DNA of 64,000 nucleotides from Octopus sinensis (GCF_006345805.1 NC_043000.1:114018001-114082000), one strand, 5' to 3'; numbered from the stretch's first letter, positions 50,860 to 63,323 are shown. The notes: generated by a model not told the origin, from the sequence alone. A program made the numbers and translations.

Positions 50860-51290
50860 GCCGTTGTAGGCTTTATTGTCGTGTCACCCCGCCCTCCGCG
50901 GGGGTGGGATTTGAACTGTTATCCTCATTAAGAGGGAAAAATATTATAGGTTTCCCGTTTTGGGGGATAAGCATTTTATTATTGCATGAAAAATTAAATT
51001 TTAGCCGTTGTAGGCTCTTTTGTGGCACTCGCCCCTAGCGTGGGTGAGATTTGAACTGTTGTCCTCGTTGTGAGGAAAAAAATATTATAGGTTTCCCGTT
51101 TTTGGGAAACTGTATATTTATCACTGTGTGAAAAATTTAATTTCGAACGTTGTAGGCTTTGTTGCTACGTCTCGCCCCCCAGCGGGCGTGGGATTTGAAC
51201 TATTGTCCTCGTTGAGAGAAAAAAAAAGTAAAAAAATTATAGGTTTCCCTTTTTCTGGGATTAGATTGTGTATAATTTATTTCGAACGAA
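50860..51290 (+). repeat. Three ~144-bp tandem monomers in the LINE 5'UTR
   Basis: Unit start (g/a)ccgttgtaggct at 50860, 51004 and about 51147; shared gggatttgaact and ttataggtttccc blocks; ORF1 ATG follows the third unit. Confidence 0.85.
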
Positions 51291-51291
51291 T

Positions 51292-52675
51292 ATGTCGGTC
51301 GAAATAATTCAAGAAACAAACCAGCTGCATGAGCCAGCAAAAAAGTTCGCGGCAGTAGCCGCTGTATCTTGTAGATATGTTGTAATAGAAACGGAGAAGC
51401 TCTCCGAGCTTTTTGAGAGAATGAAAGAGGAGGGTGGGTATATAAAGATCTCACCCTCCCCTAATGTTGAAAATCTGAAGAGAAGGACAGTCGTTTACAA
51501 AACGTACTGCCCTTCATCGAAAAAATTCAAGCACTTCGAAAAGTGCGAAAATAGAAAAATGCCTGGCCCCTATATGGAAAGATATAAAATACATAGCGAG
51601 GGGCCGGGCATATGGAACAATAAAGGCCAGATTTGAGACGGCCGAAAAGCCCAAGAGCACTCAATTAGTCCTCTGAAAACGAAGGAGAACAGCACGCGTT
51701 AGAATAAACAAAGTACCACCAGAAATTGCGGCAAAGGAGGTGATGGCCGCCCTGTTGTATAACAGGACGGACAAAATCACCTTCCTCCAAATCATATACA
51801 CTGCCCCACAAAATTGGCAAGGGCAGATCATCTCTGCGATTATTCAGGGAACACAAGAAAACATCGAAATGCTGCTAGAAAGAGTGCTCTTAGGGGAAGA
51901 TATTGCCCTCAAGATTCAAGTAGAGGGCAAAAAGCCCACGTGTTTCGAATGTGGCAAAAAAGGCCACATTCGCGTAGATTGTGAAATATGGAAAAAAAAA
52001 AATAATAAGTGTGCAGACATCAGGCCCTTCAACTACAGAAAAAGATCCCAAACCTGCACACAAATTAGCCCCCACAGAAACAAATACTCCCACTCCACCA
52101 TCTGTGGCGCCTGCTCTCAAACAAAACACCCAAAAACCCCAGGCCATGCACACACCGGTCCCGACAGAAACAAATGCACCCACCCCCTCTGAAGTAACAA
52201 CTCCTCTGGAAAACACCATGGAGGTGACCGAGGGGGAGTTCAAGACACCCAGAAAAAAGAGAACACATGCACCTTCCCCATCCATATCTCCCACAAAAAA
52301 AAGAAGAAAAACAGCACACTACAGAAAAAAAAAAGATCCCGCTCCACTGTCCCAGAAGAAAAAATAAAAAAGAACAAAGATAGAACAAAAACCCTGGTAA
52401 AATTTGTTACCAGGGATAAATATACTATGGACACATTAAAGAAGCACCACACCGTGGAGCTGTTGCAGCAACCCGAAGGCACGGAAGAGAGATGTGCCTG
52501 GATACCAGAAAAACTATATAATGAAATGAAGGGTAGGCATCCGAGAACCATCACGAATATCCCGGACCTTCCGCGGTATTTGAAGGAGTTTTTAAAGGAG
52601 CAGGAGGAAAGGACTGCCTCACGTGTGGTGAGATCAGCCCCAGCATCACCAATAAAAGAAAAGGTCAAAGAGTAA
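51292..52675 (+). pseudogene. LINE ORF1 (gag-like, single zinc knuckle), frameshifted
   Basis: Segments 51268..51636, 51740..52192, 51981..52367 and 52427..52675 join through frameshifts, at least one in an A-run (about 51991). Confidence 0.75.
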
Positions 52676-52704
52676 GTAGAACCCTTACTTTTCTTTTGTT
52701 TTAA

Positions 52705-53820
52705 ATGACTGCACTTAACCTTGGGTGTTTGAATGTGCGTGGTCTGAGCTCGAAGTGGAAGCAAGCTTGTTTCCTCGACGACCTCAGATCACACGATATG
52801 CATGTGATGGTTGCTACAGAGACCAAGCTGGACAGTCTACAAGCCTTCACGCCCCCGCTGAATGGCTATGAGAAAATCATGTCTCCTAGCCGGACCGGAG
52901 GGCGAGGGAATGTAGTAGTACTGGTTCAAAAAGGCTTGGCTCTGCAGACAAGTACAGTCTATGTAGACCCTTAAGGTGGGCTGGGCGTCCGTGATGTGAC
53001 ATACAGCAGTAAGGCCTTCAGGTTGATCGGGATCTATGCCCCTTTTGCTAGAGGATTTCATACTGCTTTTTATCGGCGCCTAGAGAACTTTCTCGTGACG
53101 TCGAAGACATTAGTAGTGTTAGGAGACTTTAACGCTATTGATACGCGCATCGATAGCGTTGGCTCGATCTATAGGAAAGTAAACTCACGTCTCGTTGATC
53201 TGCTCAAGCGGTTTCAGCTTGCAGATCGTTACAGACTTGACCATCCGAACGTCCCAGAGTGGACCTGGATGAGTGGCGACGGGAGGTTCAAGTCCTATTT
53301 AGATAGGATAGTGATAAGAACTAGAGATAAGTCTAGTTTTAGCTGTCCACAGCTTGTCCAAGTAGCTTACACTGACCATAGAATGGTTAAGTGTAGGCTG
53401 GACATAGATAGTACAGTTAAGAGAGGATCCGGCTACTGGAAGCTGAACAAGTCTATTTTGACTTGCGAGGCATACCGTAGCCGGATTGGGGAATTAGTAC
53501 AGAGGGCGTTAACCGGCGCGGTGGTTAATAACCGATGGTGGTTTGCCTTGAAGAGAGCCATTCGTTTTGAGTCTATTAGGTTTAGCCGTCAGCTAAGACT
53601 AGATAAGGCCAGAATAGAAGGGCAACTAGTTAAGAACCTAGAAGAGGCGTTGAGGTTGGGCTCCGCATCTCACATTTTGGCAGCGAGAACGGCCTTGCAC
53701 CGTTACCTCAAAGCCATACTTGAGGGGTGCAGAGTTCGGGCTAAAGTGTGCGCATTGGGCCGTGAGGGAATTAATGTTGCCGGATGGGCCCGTACGGTAG
53801 AAACCCAGTATGGCAATGAT
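52705..53820 (+). pseudogene. LINE ORF2 apurinic-type endonuclease, in-frame TAA at 52972-52974, truncated before RT
   Basis: MTALNLGCLNVRGL...ETKLD...IYAP...LVVLGDFNAID...SYLDRIV...YTDHRMV...GYWKLNKSIL. Confidence 0.85.
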
Positions 53821-54075
53821 GTGTGTGTGTGTGTGTGTGTGTGTATATCTATATGTTCGTGTGTGTATTTATATATTTGTGTGTCTGTGTTTGTCTCTCC
53901 CCACAACATCGCTTGACAACCGTTGCTGGTGTGTTTACGTCCCTGTGAGCTAGCGGTTCGGCAAGACCGATAGAATAAGTACTAGGCTTACAAAGAATAA
54001 TTTCTGGGGTCGACTAAAGGTGGTGCTCCAGCATGGCCGCAGTCAAATGACTGAAACAAATAAAAGAAAAAAAGA
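53820..54075 (+). mobile_element. SINE family A 3' half fused to the truncated Tx1-like LINE
   Basis: (TG)n starts directly after LINE ORF2 sequence; family tail follows. Confidence 0.82.
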
Positions 54076-54229
54076 AAAGAAATAAATGGAGATCTAAAGT
54101 CACTGACGTCGATGCTCCACAATGCTGTTGGAATCACGAGTCTTTGACTGGAAATATTCCACCAAGAACCGTTGTGTGGTAAAGCTATATAACCTTGCAA
54201 GTTCTTACATAATGACCTACTTTTACTTT

Positions 54230-54655
54230 TATTTGTTTCAGTCATTTGACTGTGGCCATGCTGAGCATCGCCTTTAGTCGAGCAAATCGACTGCAGGACT
54301 TATTCTTTGGAAGCTTAGTACTTATTTTATCGGTCTATTTTGCCGAAATGCTTAGTTACGGGGACGTAAACACACCAGCATCGGTTGTCAAGCGATGTTG
54401 TGGGGGGACAACACAGACACACAACACACACACATAAATATAATATATATAGATATATATATATGTATATATATATATTAATATATTATATATATATACG
54501 ACAGGCTTCTTTCAGTTTCCGTCTAAATCCACTCACAAGGCTTGGACGGCCCGAGGCTATAGCAGAAGACACTTGCCCAAGGTGCCACGCAGTAGGAATG
54601 AACCCGGAACTATGTGGCTGGTAAGCAAGCTACTTACCACACCAGCCATTCCTGT
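54230..54655 (-). mobile_element. SINE family A, full length
   Basis: Reverse complement of family head, core and tail. Confidence 0.85.
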
Positions 54656-55034
54656 GATTGTGGACAAAATTATAACGAAAACATAAAAGAGGCGAAAATA
54701 CAGAGAATAATTAGAATAAGACGGCCTTATGTTGCATTGTGAGATGTACTGGCTTCTTTAGTGTAAAGTTTGGATACTCAAACATGCTGTATATAGTTTG
54801 ACTAAAAATGAAAGATGAACTGTTCGGAGAAAGAATCGTTTTATGCGATAGCAATTGACAAATTTAGATTTTTAGTTTGAAGAAATTAGATTTTTAGTTG
54901 AAGTAGTCTCAATGATCTGACTTTAAAACTACAAATCTAGAACGCACAGTTTTATATTTAAGAGATAGATGAAGAATTAGGTACATTATTTACATTATTT
55001 ACATTTGACGTATATTTGTCCTCATCTTTGTTGT

Positions 55035-55080
55035 TAATAACGTTTCGGCTGATATACCCTCCAGCCTTCATCAGGTGTCT
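55035..55080 (-). ncRNA. Hammerhead-like motif with canonical core in a Penelope-like terminus
   Basis: CUGAUGA-A-GGCUG/10 nt/CAGCC-GAA-ACGU-U; stem I 3' strand does not pair in this copy. Confidence 0.5.
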
Positions 55081-55139
55081 TGGGGAAATTTCAAACCTGG
55101 CTTCTCATGCCTAAGTATTTTTCTATATTATTGTTATTA

Positions 55140-55195
<56 letters not shown>

Positions 55196-55210
55196 GTTAT
55201 TGTTGTTGTT

Positions 55211-55345
55211 ATTTAGGTCACTGCCTGGAATCGATCTCGAAATATTGGGGTTAGTAGCCCGCACTCTTAACCACTACGCCATATGCCCGTGGGCTACTAT
55301 CCCCAAGATTTCTAGTTCGATTCCAGACAGTGACCTGAATAATAA
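55211..55345. mobile_element. Short tRNA-derived repeat, inverted pair
   Basis: Minus copy with tggcgtagtgg A box and gatcgattcc B-box-like motif joined to a partial plus copy. Confidence 0.6.
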
Positions 55346-55511
55346 TAAGAGAAAAAGAAGAAGAAATGGGGTTAATAATCTAAGAAATGTTTCATCGTTT
55401 TTCATGTACAATTATGTATGAAACGCATCCATTAATATATACAATTATACATACGTAAGTACATACATACATACATACATACATACATAATACATACATA
55501 CATACATAATA

Positions 55512-55626
<115 letters not shown>

Positions 55627-56070
55627 TAATATATATAATATTGTTTCTACACGATCAGAAAGCTGAACTATGAACTTTTATGCTTCTCTTTTCTTCTCTT
55701 TCTTCATCTCCTTATTCCTTTTCTCCTGTCCTCTATGTCATCATTTCATTAATCTATACCCTTCTCATTTTCCCTATTTGTCTCGATGATGGAATGTCCC
55801 TACTCTGAGATATCCCAGAAACAACTGTAAAAATTCGAATTTTTTTTTTCCAGTACTAATAACGTATATGACTTGAGATGTTTGCCTTGCCTTAACGTCC
55901 GCTGTCCGCTTTCACAATTATATATCCGATATATAGGAAATCTGCAATGGCTCCATAACTACCGTCTCGGCTACAACCGTGGAGCCTTAGTAATCCGTTA
56001 CGGCACTTACCTAGCGTACCTAATCGTTTAGATCACCTGTGAACTAGACCACCATATTTTGTATACAATA

Positions 56071-56113
<43 letters not shown>

Positions 56114-56153
56114 ACCGCGTGTGTACCGTTGGCGATTTTTTCCTCCGTCTTCC

Positions 56154-56253
56154 NNNNNNNNNNNNNNNNNNNNNNNNNNNNNNNNNNNNNNNNNNNNNNN
56201 NNNNNNNNNNNNNNNNNNNNNNNNNNNNNNNNNNNNNNNNNNNNNNNNNNNNN
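56154..56253. other. Assembly gap (100 N)
   Basis: Run of exactly 100 N; true size unknown. Confidence 1.
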
Positions 56254-57100
56254 TCGTCTGCCGTTACGTTCTGAGTTCAAATTCCGCCGAGGTCGACTTT
56301 GCCTTTCATCCTTTCGGGGTCGATAAATCAAGTACCAGTTGCGCAGTGGGGTCGATATAATCGACATGATCCCTTTGTCTGTCCTTGTTTGTCCTCTCTG
56401 TGTTTAGCTCCTTGTGGGTAGTAAAGAAATAGGTATTTCGTCTGCCGTTACATTCTGAGTTCAAATTCCGCCGAGGTCGACTTTGCCTTTCATCCTTTCG
56501 GAGACGATTAAACAAGTACCAGTTACGCACTGGGTTCGATGTAATCGACTTAATCCCTTTGTCTGTCCTTGTTTGTCCTCTCTGTGTTTAGCCCCTTGTG
56601 GGTAGTAAAGAAATAGGTATTTCGTCTGCCGTTACGTTCTGAGTTCAAATTCCGCCGAGGTCGACTTTGCCTTTCATCCTTTCGGAGACGATTAAACAAG
56701 TACCAGTTACGCACTGGGTTCGATGTAATCGACTTAATCCCTTTGTCTGTCCTTGTTTGTCCTCTCTGTGTTTAGCCCCTTGTGGGTAGTAAAGAAATAG
56801 GTATTTCGTCTGCCGTTACGTTCTGAGTTCAAATTCCGCCGAGGTCGACTTTGCCTTTCATCCTTTCGGGGTCGATAAATTAAGTACCAGTTACGCACTG
56901 GGTTCGATGTAATCGACTTAATCCCTTTGTCTGTCCTTGTTTGTCCACTCTGTGTTTAGCCCCTTGTGGGTAGTAAAGAAATAGGTATTTCGTCTGCCTT
57001 TACGTTCTGAGTTCTAATTCCGCCGAGGTCGATTTCACCTTCTCATCCTTTCGGGGTCGGAAAACTAAGTACCAGTTGCGTACTGGAGTCGATATAGTCA
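56254..57100 (+). repeat. Tandem array of headless SINE-B monomers, period exactly 184 bp, at least 4.6 units
   Basis: tcgtctgcc at 56254, 56438, 56622, 56806, 56990; begins at the edge of an N gap. Confidence 0.95.
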
Positions 57101-57617
57101 TTTTCTAACCCAATACTCTGAGGAAGAATCTCTTCTTGGCTTGTTTTAAACATTTTCCTGTTTGATATAACGTCAGCATTGCTATTCTATAAACAATTGC
57201 CTTCGCCATAACAGTATTTCATCAAGAACCTGTCGTATCAATTCAGTGAAATATTTATATCCAGATAGAAAAATGTGTTTTTAAATACTTCACCTACACA
57301 GCGATATTTTCAACGGTTAATTGCAAGAGTGCAGCTTCTCTCTGCCGATAATATTTGACGTTCAGATAGATCAATTCTGATTGAGCATAAAATCAAAAGT
57401 ATTACCCTGGTCACTGTCTCTGGGTCACAAAAATCAGGCAACAAGGTCTCATTGTGTCGTAGGAGCTTTGTGAAAGACTGGCATTTCGCAAATTAATGAA
57501 CACCTAATTAGAAAAAAAATGAAGTTGAATGATGCTATTGACTATCAAAGATAGGGGCCAATGGCAGAAGATTGGTCTGCGTTTATTATTATTATTATCA
57601 TCATTATCATTATGATT

Positions 57618-57656
<39 letters not shown>

Positions 57657-57729
57657 GGTTGTGTGTTGTTTTGTTTTTATTATATTGTTTATTATATTAT
57701 TATTGTTATATGTTTGACTTTTGCTTTGT

Positions 57730-58545
57730 ATTTGTACAAATTGGCTCCAAGTCTCACCCAGAGACCTCAAGAGACAAGTTAGAAGTTCAAACTGGTGTTA
57801 AGCCTAGGGTGTCATATACTTGGTTTTGTACATAATATTGTTCTAGAGAATGTTTAAGAAAACAAGAAAATTATGAGTTTGTTTTAAAATTTGAGATTAC
57901 ATAGTCAGTATTTTACGTAGGATATGGGCAGTTCCCATGAGCACTATCTTTTGAATTTCTGCCATTTTGGGGTTTCCTGGCATCTGAGCTAGTTGTAATC
58001 AATCCCTTTTGCTATCATTCCTAGGGAACCTATGACAACAGGTATTGTTTTAGTTTTCAGGTTCCACATTTTGCCAATTTCTATTTCAAGGTCTTTATAT
58101 TTGCTCAATTTTTGGTTAGTCTTGACAGATACGTTTATATCGATTGGAACAGTCATATCAATGAGGAGGTATGATTTTTCTCTGAAGTCTTTCAATATAA
58201 TGTCTGGCCTATTTGCGTCTATCTTTCTGTCAGTTTGAATGGGGAAGTTCCAGAGGAGTGAGATGTGGTCATTTTCAAGCACTGGAGGTGGTTTGTGTTC
58301 CCACCAGTTTTTATCATGGGGCAAGTCCAGGTTTTTGCAAATTACTCAGTGAATATATTGTGCAGCTCTATCATGTCTGTTGAGATATTCTGCAGGCGCA
58401 AGAAAACTGCACATTGAGACATGATCAATGGTTTCATTTTGTTGTTGACATACACGACATGTTGGGCAGCTGCCGTTCTTTAATATGTCGGCCTGGTAGT
58501 TTCTTGTAGATAGGCATTGATCTGGGGCCGCTAGGATAAACCTTT
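57730..58545 (-). mobile_element. R4/Dong-type non-LTR retrotransposon 3' fragment (CCHC finger + restriction-like endonuclease)
   Basis: FILAAPDQCLSTRNYQ..CRVCQQQNETIDHVSMC..RHD..NRPDIILKD..LIDMTVP..KYKDL..IPVVIGSLG; flanked by TAA/CAA repeats. Confidence 0.88.
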
Positions 58546-58899
58546 GTTGTTGTTGTTGTCATTATTATTAACAGTATAATCATATAAAGAATTAGAATGG
58601 CTAACAAATAAACAATTGTCATGTTACAGCTATTTTCTGCTTCATGTTTGAAGCTCTGATGAACCTACAGGGTGCAACTCAAGCACTCAACTATGAGTGC
58701 AATGCGTCTAATAGCAGAAACAGACGTAAGCTAATGATGTTCATAACACAACTGTATATTCCTTTGTCCTTCTAATTTCTTATTACCACTCTGTACCCGA
58801 CTAATACCGCGTTCTGAAGTATATGAATGTAAAGCTCAAATAGCAGGTTATTCGTACCTAAGCGAAATATCAAGATATTATTAAGTATTTAACAAACGG

Positions 58900-59280
58900 C
58901 CGTGAGCTGGCAGAATTGCTAGCACGCTGGACAAACTACTTCACAGCATTTCGTCCGGTTTGACGTTCTGAGTTCAAATTCTGTCAAGGTCGACTTTGTC
59001 TTTCATCCTTTCGGAGACGATTAAACAAGTACCAGTTACGCACTGAGGTAGATATAATCGACTTAATCCGTTTGTCTGTCCTTGTTTGTCCTCTCAGTGT
59101 TTAGCTCCTTGTGGATAGTAAAGAAATAGGTATTTCGTCTGCCGCTACGTTCTGAGTTCAAATTCCGCCGAGGTCGACTTTGCCTTTCATCCTTTCGGAG
59201 ACGATTAAACAAGTACCAATTGAACACTGAGAGTCGATGTATTTCGACAAGCAACCTCCTCTCCCCAAATTTCAGGCCTA
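58900..59280 (+). mobile_element. SINE family B dimer
   Basis: Same gaaataggtatttcg junction and ggagacgattaaacaag variant as the 56-57 kb array. Confidence 0.85.
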
Positions 59281-59388
59281 CACCGAGAGCAGAAAGAATT
59301 ATATATGTAACAAAATGGTGGTTGTGCGTAAACGTCTGGTAAAGAGAAGCATAGAGAAAGACAAGAACTGAGATAAATATTGGAGTGA

Positions 59389-59423
<35 letters not shown>

Positions 59424-59624
59424 AACTAAAGGAGACAATAGATTATGTGTGTAGACAACATAGTCAATGTTGTACATGAATGTAGCATTATGTATACATA
59501 TTTCCATGAGTGTGTAGATAGATAGATAGACAGAGAGAGAGAGAGAGAGAGAGGGGGAGACAGACAGACAGACAGCAGACAGATAGGAAAGATAGATAGA
59601 TAGATAGATAGATACTTTTTTTTT

Positions 59625-59955
59625 TACTTGTTTCAGTCATTTGACTGCGGCCATGCTGGGGCGTCGCCTTTAGTCGATCAAATCGACCCCAGGACTTATT
59701 CTTTGGAAGCCTGGTACTTATTCTATCGGTCTCTTCGTCAAGCGATGTTGGGGCGACAAACACAGACACACAAACATATATACACACATACATATATATA
59801 ACATATATACGACGGACTTCTTTCAGTTTCTGTATACCAAATCCACTCACAAGGCTTTGGTCGGCCCGAGGCTATAGTAGAAGGCACTTGCAGTGGGAAT
59901 GAACCCGGAACCTTGTGGTTGGTAAGCAAGTTACTTACCACACAGCCACTCATGA
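59625..59955 (-). mobile_element. SINE family A
   Basis: Reverse complement of family head, core and tail with small deletions. Confidence 0.82.
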
Positions 59956-59992
59956 GTAGGTAGGTAGGTAGGAAGGTAGGTAGGAAGGTAGG

Positions 59993-60074
<82 letters not shown>

Positions 60075-60633
60075 TGACGAGACAATGACATCTGTATAGT
60101 AACCTGGTTTTTGTTGTTAACACTGCTAGTTGAAGAGAGTCTTAAATAGAGGAGAGATTATAAGTAAGGATACACATTTGAGGGAATGTGTGTTTGCATT
60201 TTTTACAAGTATACATGCATGTATGTATGAACATTCATGCGTATGTATATATTGACATATGTGTGTGTGAGCGTATCAGGATGTGTAGAAAATGTTTACA
60301 TTCTTATTCAACTTGCAGTGAAACTTTATATTTAAATTTATTCCAGTCCTGATTTGCACACTGTGGGGTATACATGCACACACACACATTCACATATATG
60401 TGTGTGTGTGTATTATATATATATATATATATCTGTATATTATATATATATTCTGTATATATATATATATCTGTAAATATATATATATATATATATATAT
60501 TCTGTATATATATATATGTATATATATATATATTAATCTGTATATATATATATCTGTATCCATATTATATATATATATATATATATAGATTATATATATA
60601 TATATATCTGTATATATATATCTGTATATATAT

Positions 60634-60675
<42 letters not shown>

Positions 60676-60739
60676 ATATATATAATATATAATATATATA
60701 TAGATATCTGTATATATATATCTGTATATATATATATAG

Positions 60740-60779
<40 letters not shown>

Positions 60780-60919
60780 AATATATACATATATATATGT
60801 ATATATATATCTGAAATATATATAATATATATGTATATATATATCTGTATATTATTATATATATATAATATTTATATATATATATATTATATATATATAT
60901 ATATCTGAATATAAATATA

Positions 60920-61100
60920 TACCGGAGTAAACACATAATGTGAAACAAGGTGGAAAAAAGAGTACTCAAATACCAGTGGTAGAGTAATATGCTTTATTTA
61001 CAGCAGCAGAAAATTCAACAAAATCTGTTACTCTGAGTTTTCGGCAACGAGAAACTCAGAGTAACAGATTTTGTTGAATTTTCTGCTGCTTAAAATAAAG
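60920..61100. mobile_element. Penelope-like terminus folded back on itself (about 50-bp arms, 60992-61100)
   Basis: Same family as 8780-9255; arms pair up to a tcg-gcaa-cga tip. Confidence 0.8.
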
Positions 61101-61245
61101 ATATATATATATATATATAGATATATATAATATATATATATATATATATCTGATATTATATATATATATATATCTGAATATATATATATATATATATATT
61201 AGATATATATATATATATATATATCTGTATATATTACTGTATATA

Positions 61246-61304
<59 letters not shown>

Positions 61305-61317
61305 CTGTATATATATA

Positions 61318-61360
<43 letters not shown>

Positions 61361-61387
61361 CTATATATATATATCATATATATCTGT

Positions 61388-63277
61388 ATACTTTGATACT
61401 TTGATACTTTGATAGGTTCGTCCATTATTGGCCAGGCCATGTCTAACTTAATAGCACCACCTGGTGAAGTCTTTCAAGTCAGAATTGGGGCACTATGCCC
61501 ACTCAAGTAGAGAGTTATGTTTACAGAGACATATCCGGTGTAGGGGGTTATCCGGGATTTCTTGAAGAATCTGTCCAAAGACTTCTTGAACCCTATAGGT
61601 CAGTTTGTTTTATGTGTGTTTGGTGTAATGTTAAGAGAGCGGGGCCAATTGAGGTGAAATAATTGTGCCGTATTGTGTTATGAGATGAGAGTCGAATTTT
61701 GTTTTGGGCGGATGGCACGGGGCCCAAGCTTGGATTGTACCTAAAGGTGTGCCAACTCATTTGGGCAATGCTGATGGAATATTTTCCACATCATGCAGAT
61801 GATGTAGCGCTCACGACGACGTTGGAGAGAATAGAGTTTTAGCTTTTCTAGTCGACCCCAATAGTCGAGGCCTGTCATGCCATCTATCTTTTTGTGATTG
61901 CCCTTTGAGGTGCTTCGACTTTTTTGATACCTTGTATTGTGTGGGGAGACCACAGTGGACAACAGTATTCAAGGGGGTCGGGCAAAAGTGGGAAGGAGAA
62001 GGAATAATGCGTGTGGATATCTCTCGACTGGAAAGTTCTGAGAATCCAGGACACATTCTGCGGGGCCATGTCAACTTTGGTGTTTATATGAGTGCGCCAG
62101 CTTACGTGTTGTCCACAATTACTCCCAAGTCTCTGATGTGTGGACGCCGCGAGAGTTTCACCTGAAGGAAGGGAGTATGGGGAGTTTCAGGGCATCCTCT
62201 TTCCAAAGTGGATTAGCTCAAATTTATCCTCGTTCAGCAGCATATTGTTTTTTTCTGCCCATTGGATAACAGCCAGTAGATCTGATGAAGGCTGTCAGGT
62301 CACTCGCCTCATTATGACCTTCTGTAGTTGGAGTCATCTGCAAAGATTTTTATGTTGCATGTGCTTGAGATGTCATTAATGTCATTAATGTAAATGATTG
62401 AAAAGAAGTGGGCCCAGCACAGTGCCTTGCCGGAACGAACGCCATACTGACTTTGGCTGGGCTTGATTTTACCCCTTCAACTACAACATGTTGAGATCTG
62501 TCTGTCAGGAAACACTTCATCCATTTCAGTAACTTTCCAGAGACACCAATGTTGGATAGTTTTTTTCAATAGGATCTTGTGATCGACCCTGTCGAAGGCC
62601 TTACTGAAATCAAGGTAGATGACATCGGGTGGAGCCCTCTCCCAAAGCTCTCACAATGTCCTCAAAGTGATGCAGGAGCTGCGTTAGGCAGTCCCTTCCA
62701 TTACGGAACCCCTGTTGGTTGGAGATCAGCCGTCTGTTGCTTTCCAGAAATTGGGTTATTTGAGATCTCACCACCCTCTCAAATACCTTGATGATATGAG
62801 AGGTGAGTGAGATCGGACGGAATTCACTGCAAGGGACTTGTTTCCATTTTTGAAAACTGGGACAACAGACTGGGACAGAAGGTTTTTTGGAATATAGCCG
62901 CATCAGTGAGTTTCTCCACAGATTAGCAAGGGGAGATGCAAGTTGGTGTCGACACACCTTCAGGACACAAGCAGGGAACCTATCGGGGCCTACTGTGATT
63001 GTTTGTGTTTTATATTCGTTTATCGCCGCTAGAACATCAGGGGCACTAAACGTTATGTCCGATATAGTGTGTGGGGGGTTGACATCACTGATACAGCCCA
63101 GATCGGCATATCAGGATTGCTGAAAACAGAGCAGTATTGTTTCTGCAGTATCTCGCCATGGATTTGGCATTATCTTGGAGAGTGCCAGTTTCGTCATTAG
63201 AGGGCCTACAGTGGAGACAGTGACCCTGCGTTTACTCGCAAATGAAAAGAACACTTTGGGGTTGAAGTTTGATTTTA
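61388..63277 (-). mobile_element. CR1/L2-group LINE, 5'-truncated, frameshifted RT with (ATACTTTG)3 tail
   Basis: FRPISLTSHIIKVFERVV, QQGFRNGRDCLTQLL, YLDFSKAFDRVDH, LEYCCPLWSP, YSLQRRRERY motifs; 8-bp tandem tail at 61388-61411; embedded in (TA)n/TCTG satellite. Confidence 0.9.
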
Positions 63278-63280
63278 TAT

Positions 63281-63323
<43 letters not shown>

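Larger units (their letters stand above)
50640..53820 (+). mobile_element. Tx1/L1-clade LINE, 5' part only (5'UTR, ORF1, endonuclease); RT absent
   Basis: ORF1 with CCHC knuckle CFECGKKGHIRVDC; ORF2 with APE motifs NVRGL, ETK, GDFNA, YLDRI, TDH and YWKLN; left boundary approximate. Confidence 0.88.

Noticed and set aside
58650-58690. CUGAUGA followed by a short stem
   Set aside because: GAAA is replaced by GCAA and there is no stem III palindrome; part of an old repeat also seen near 20125.
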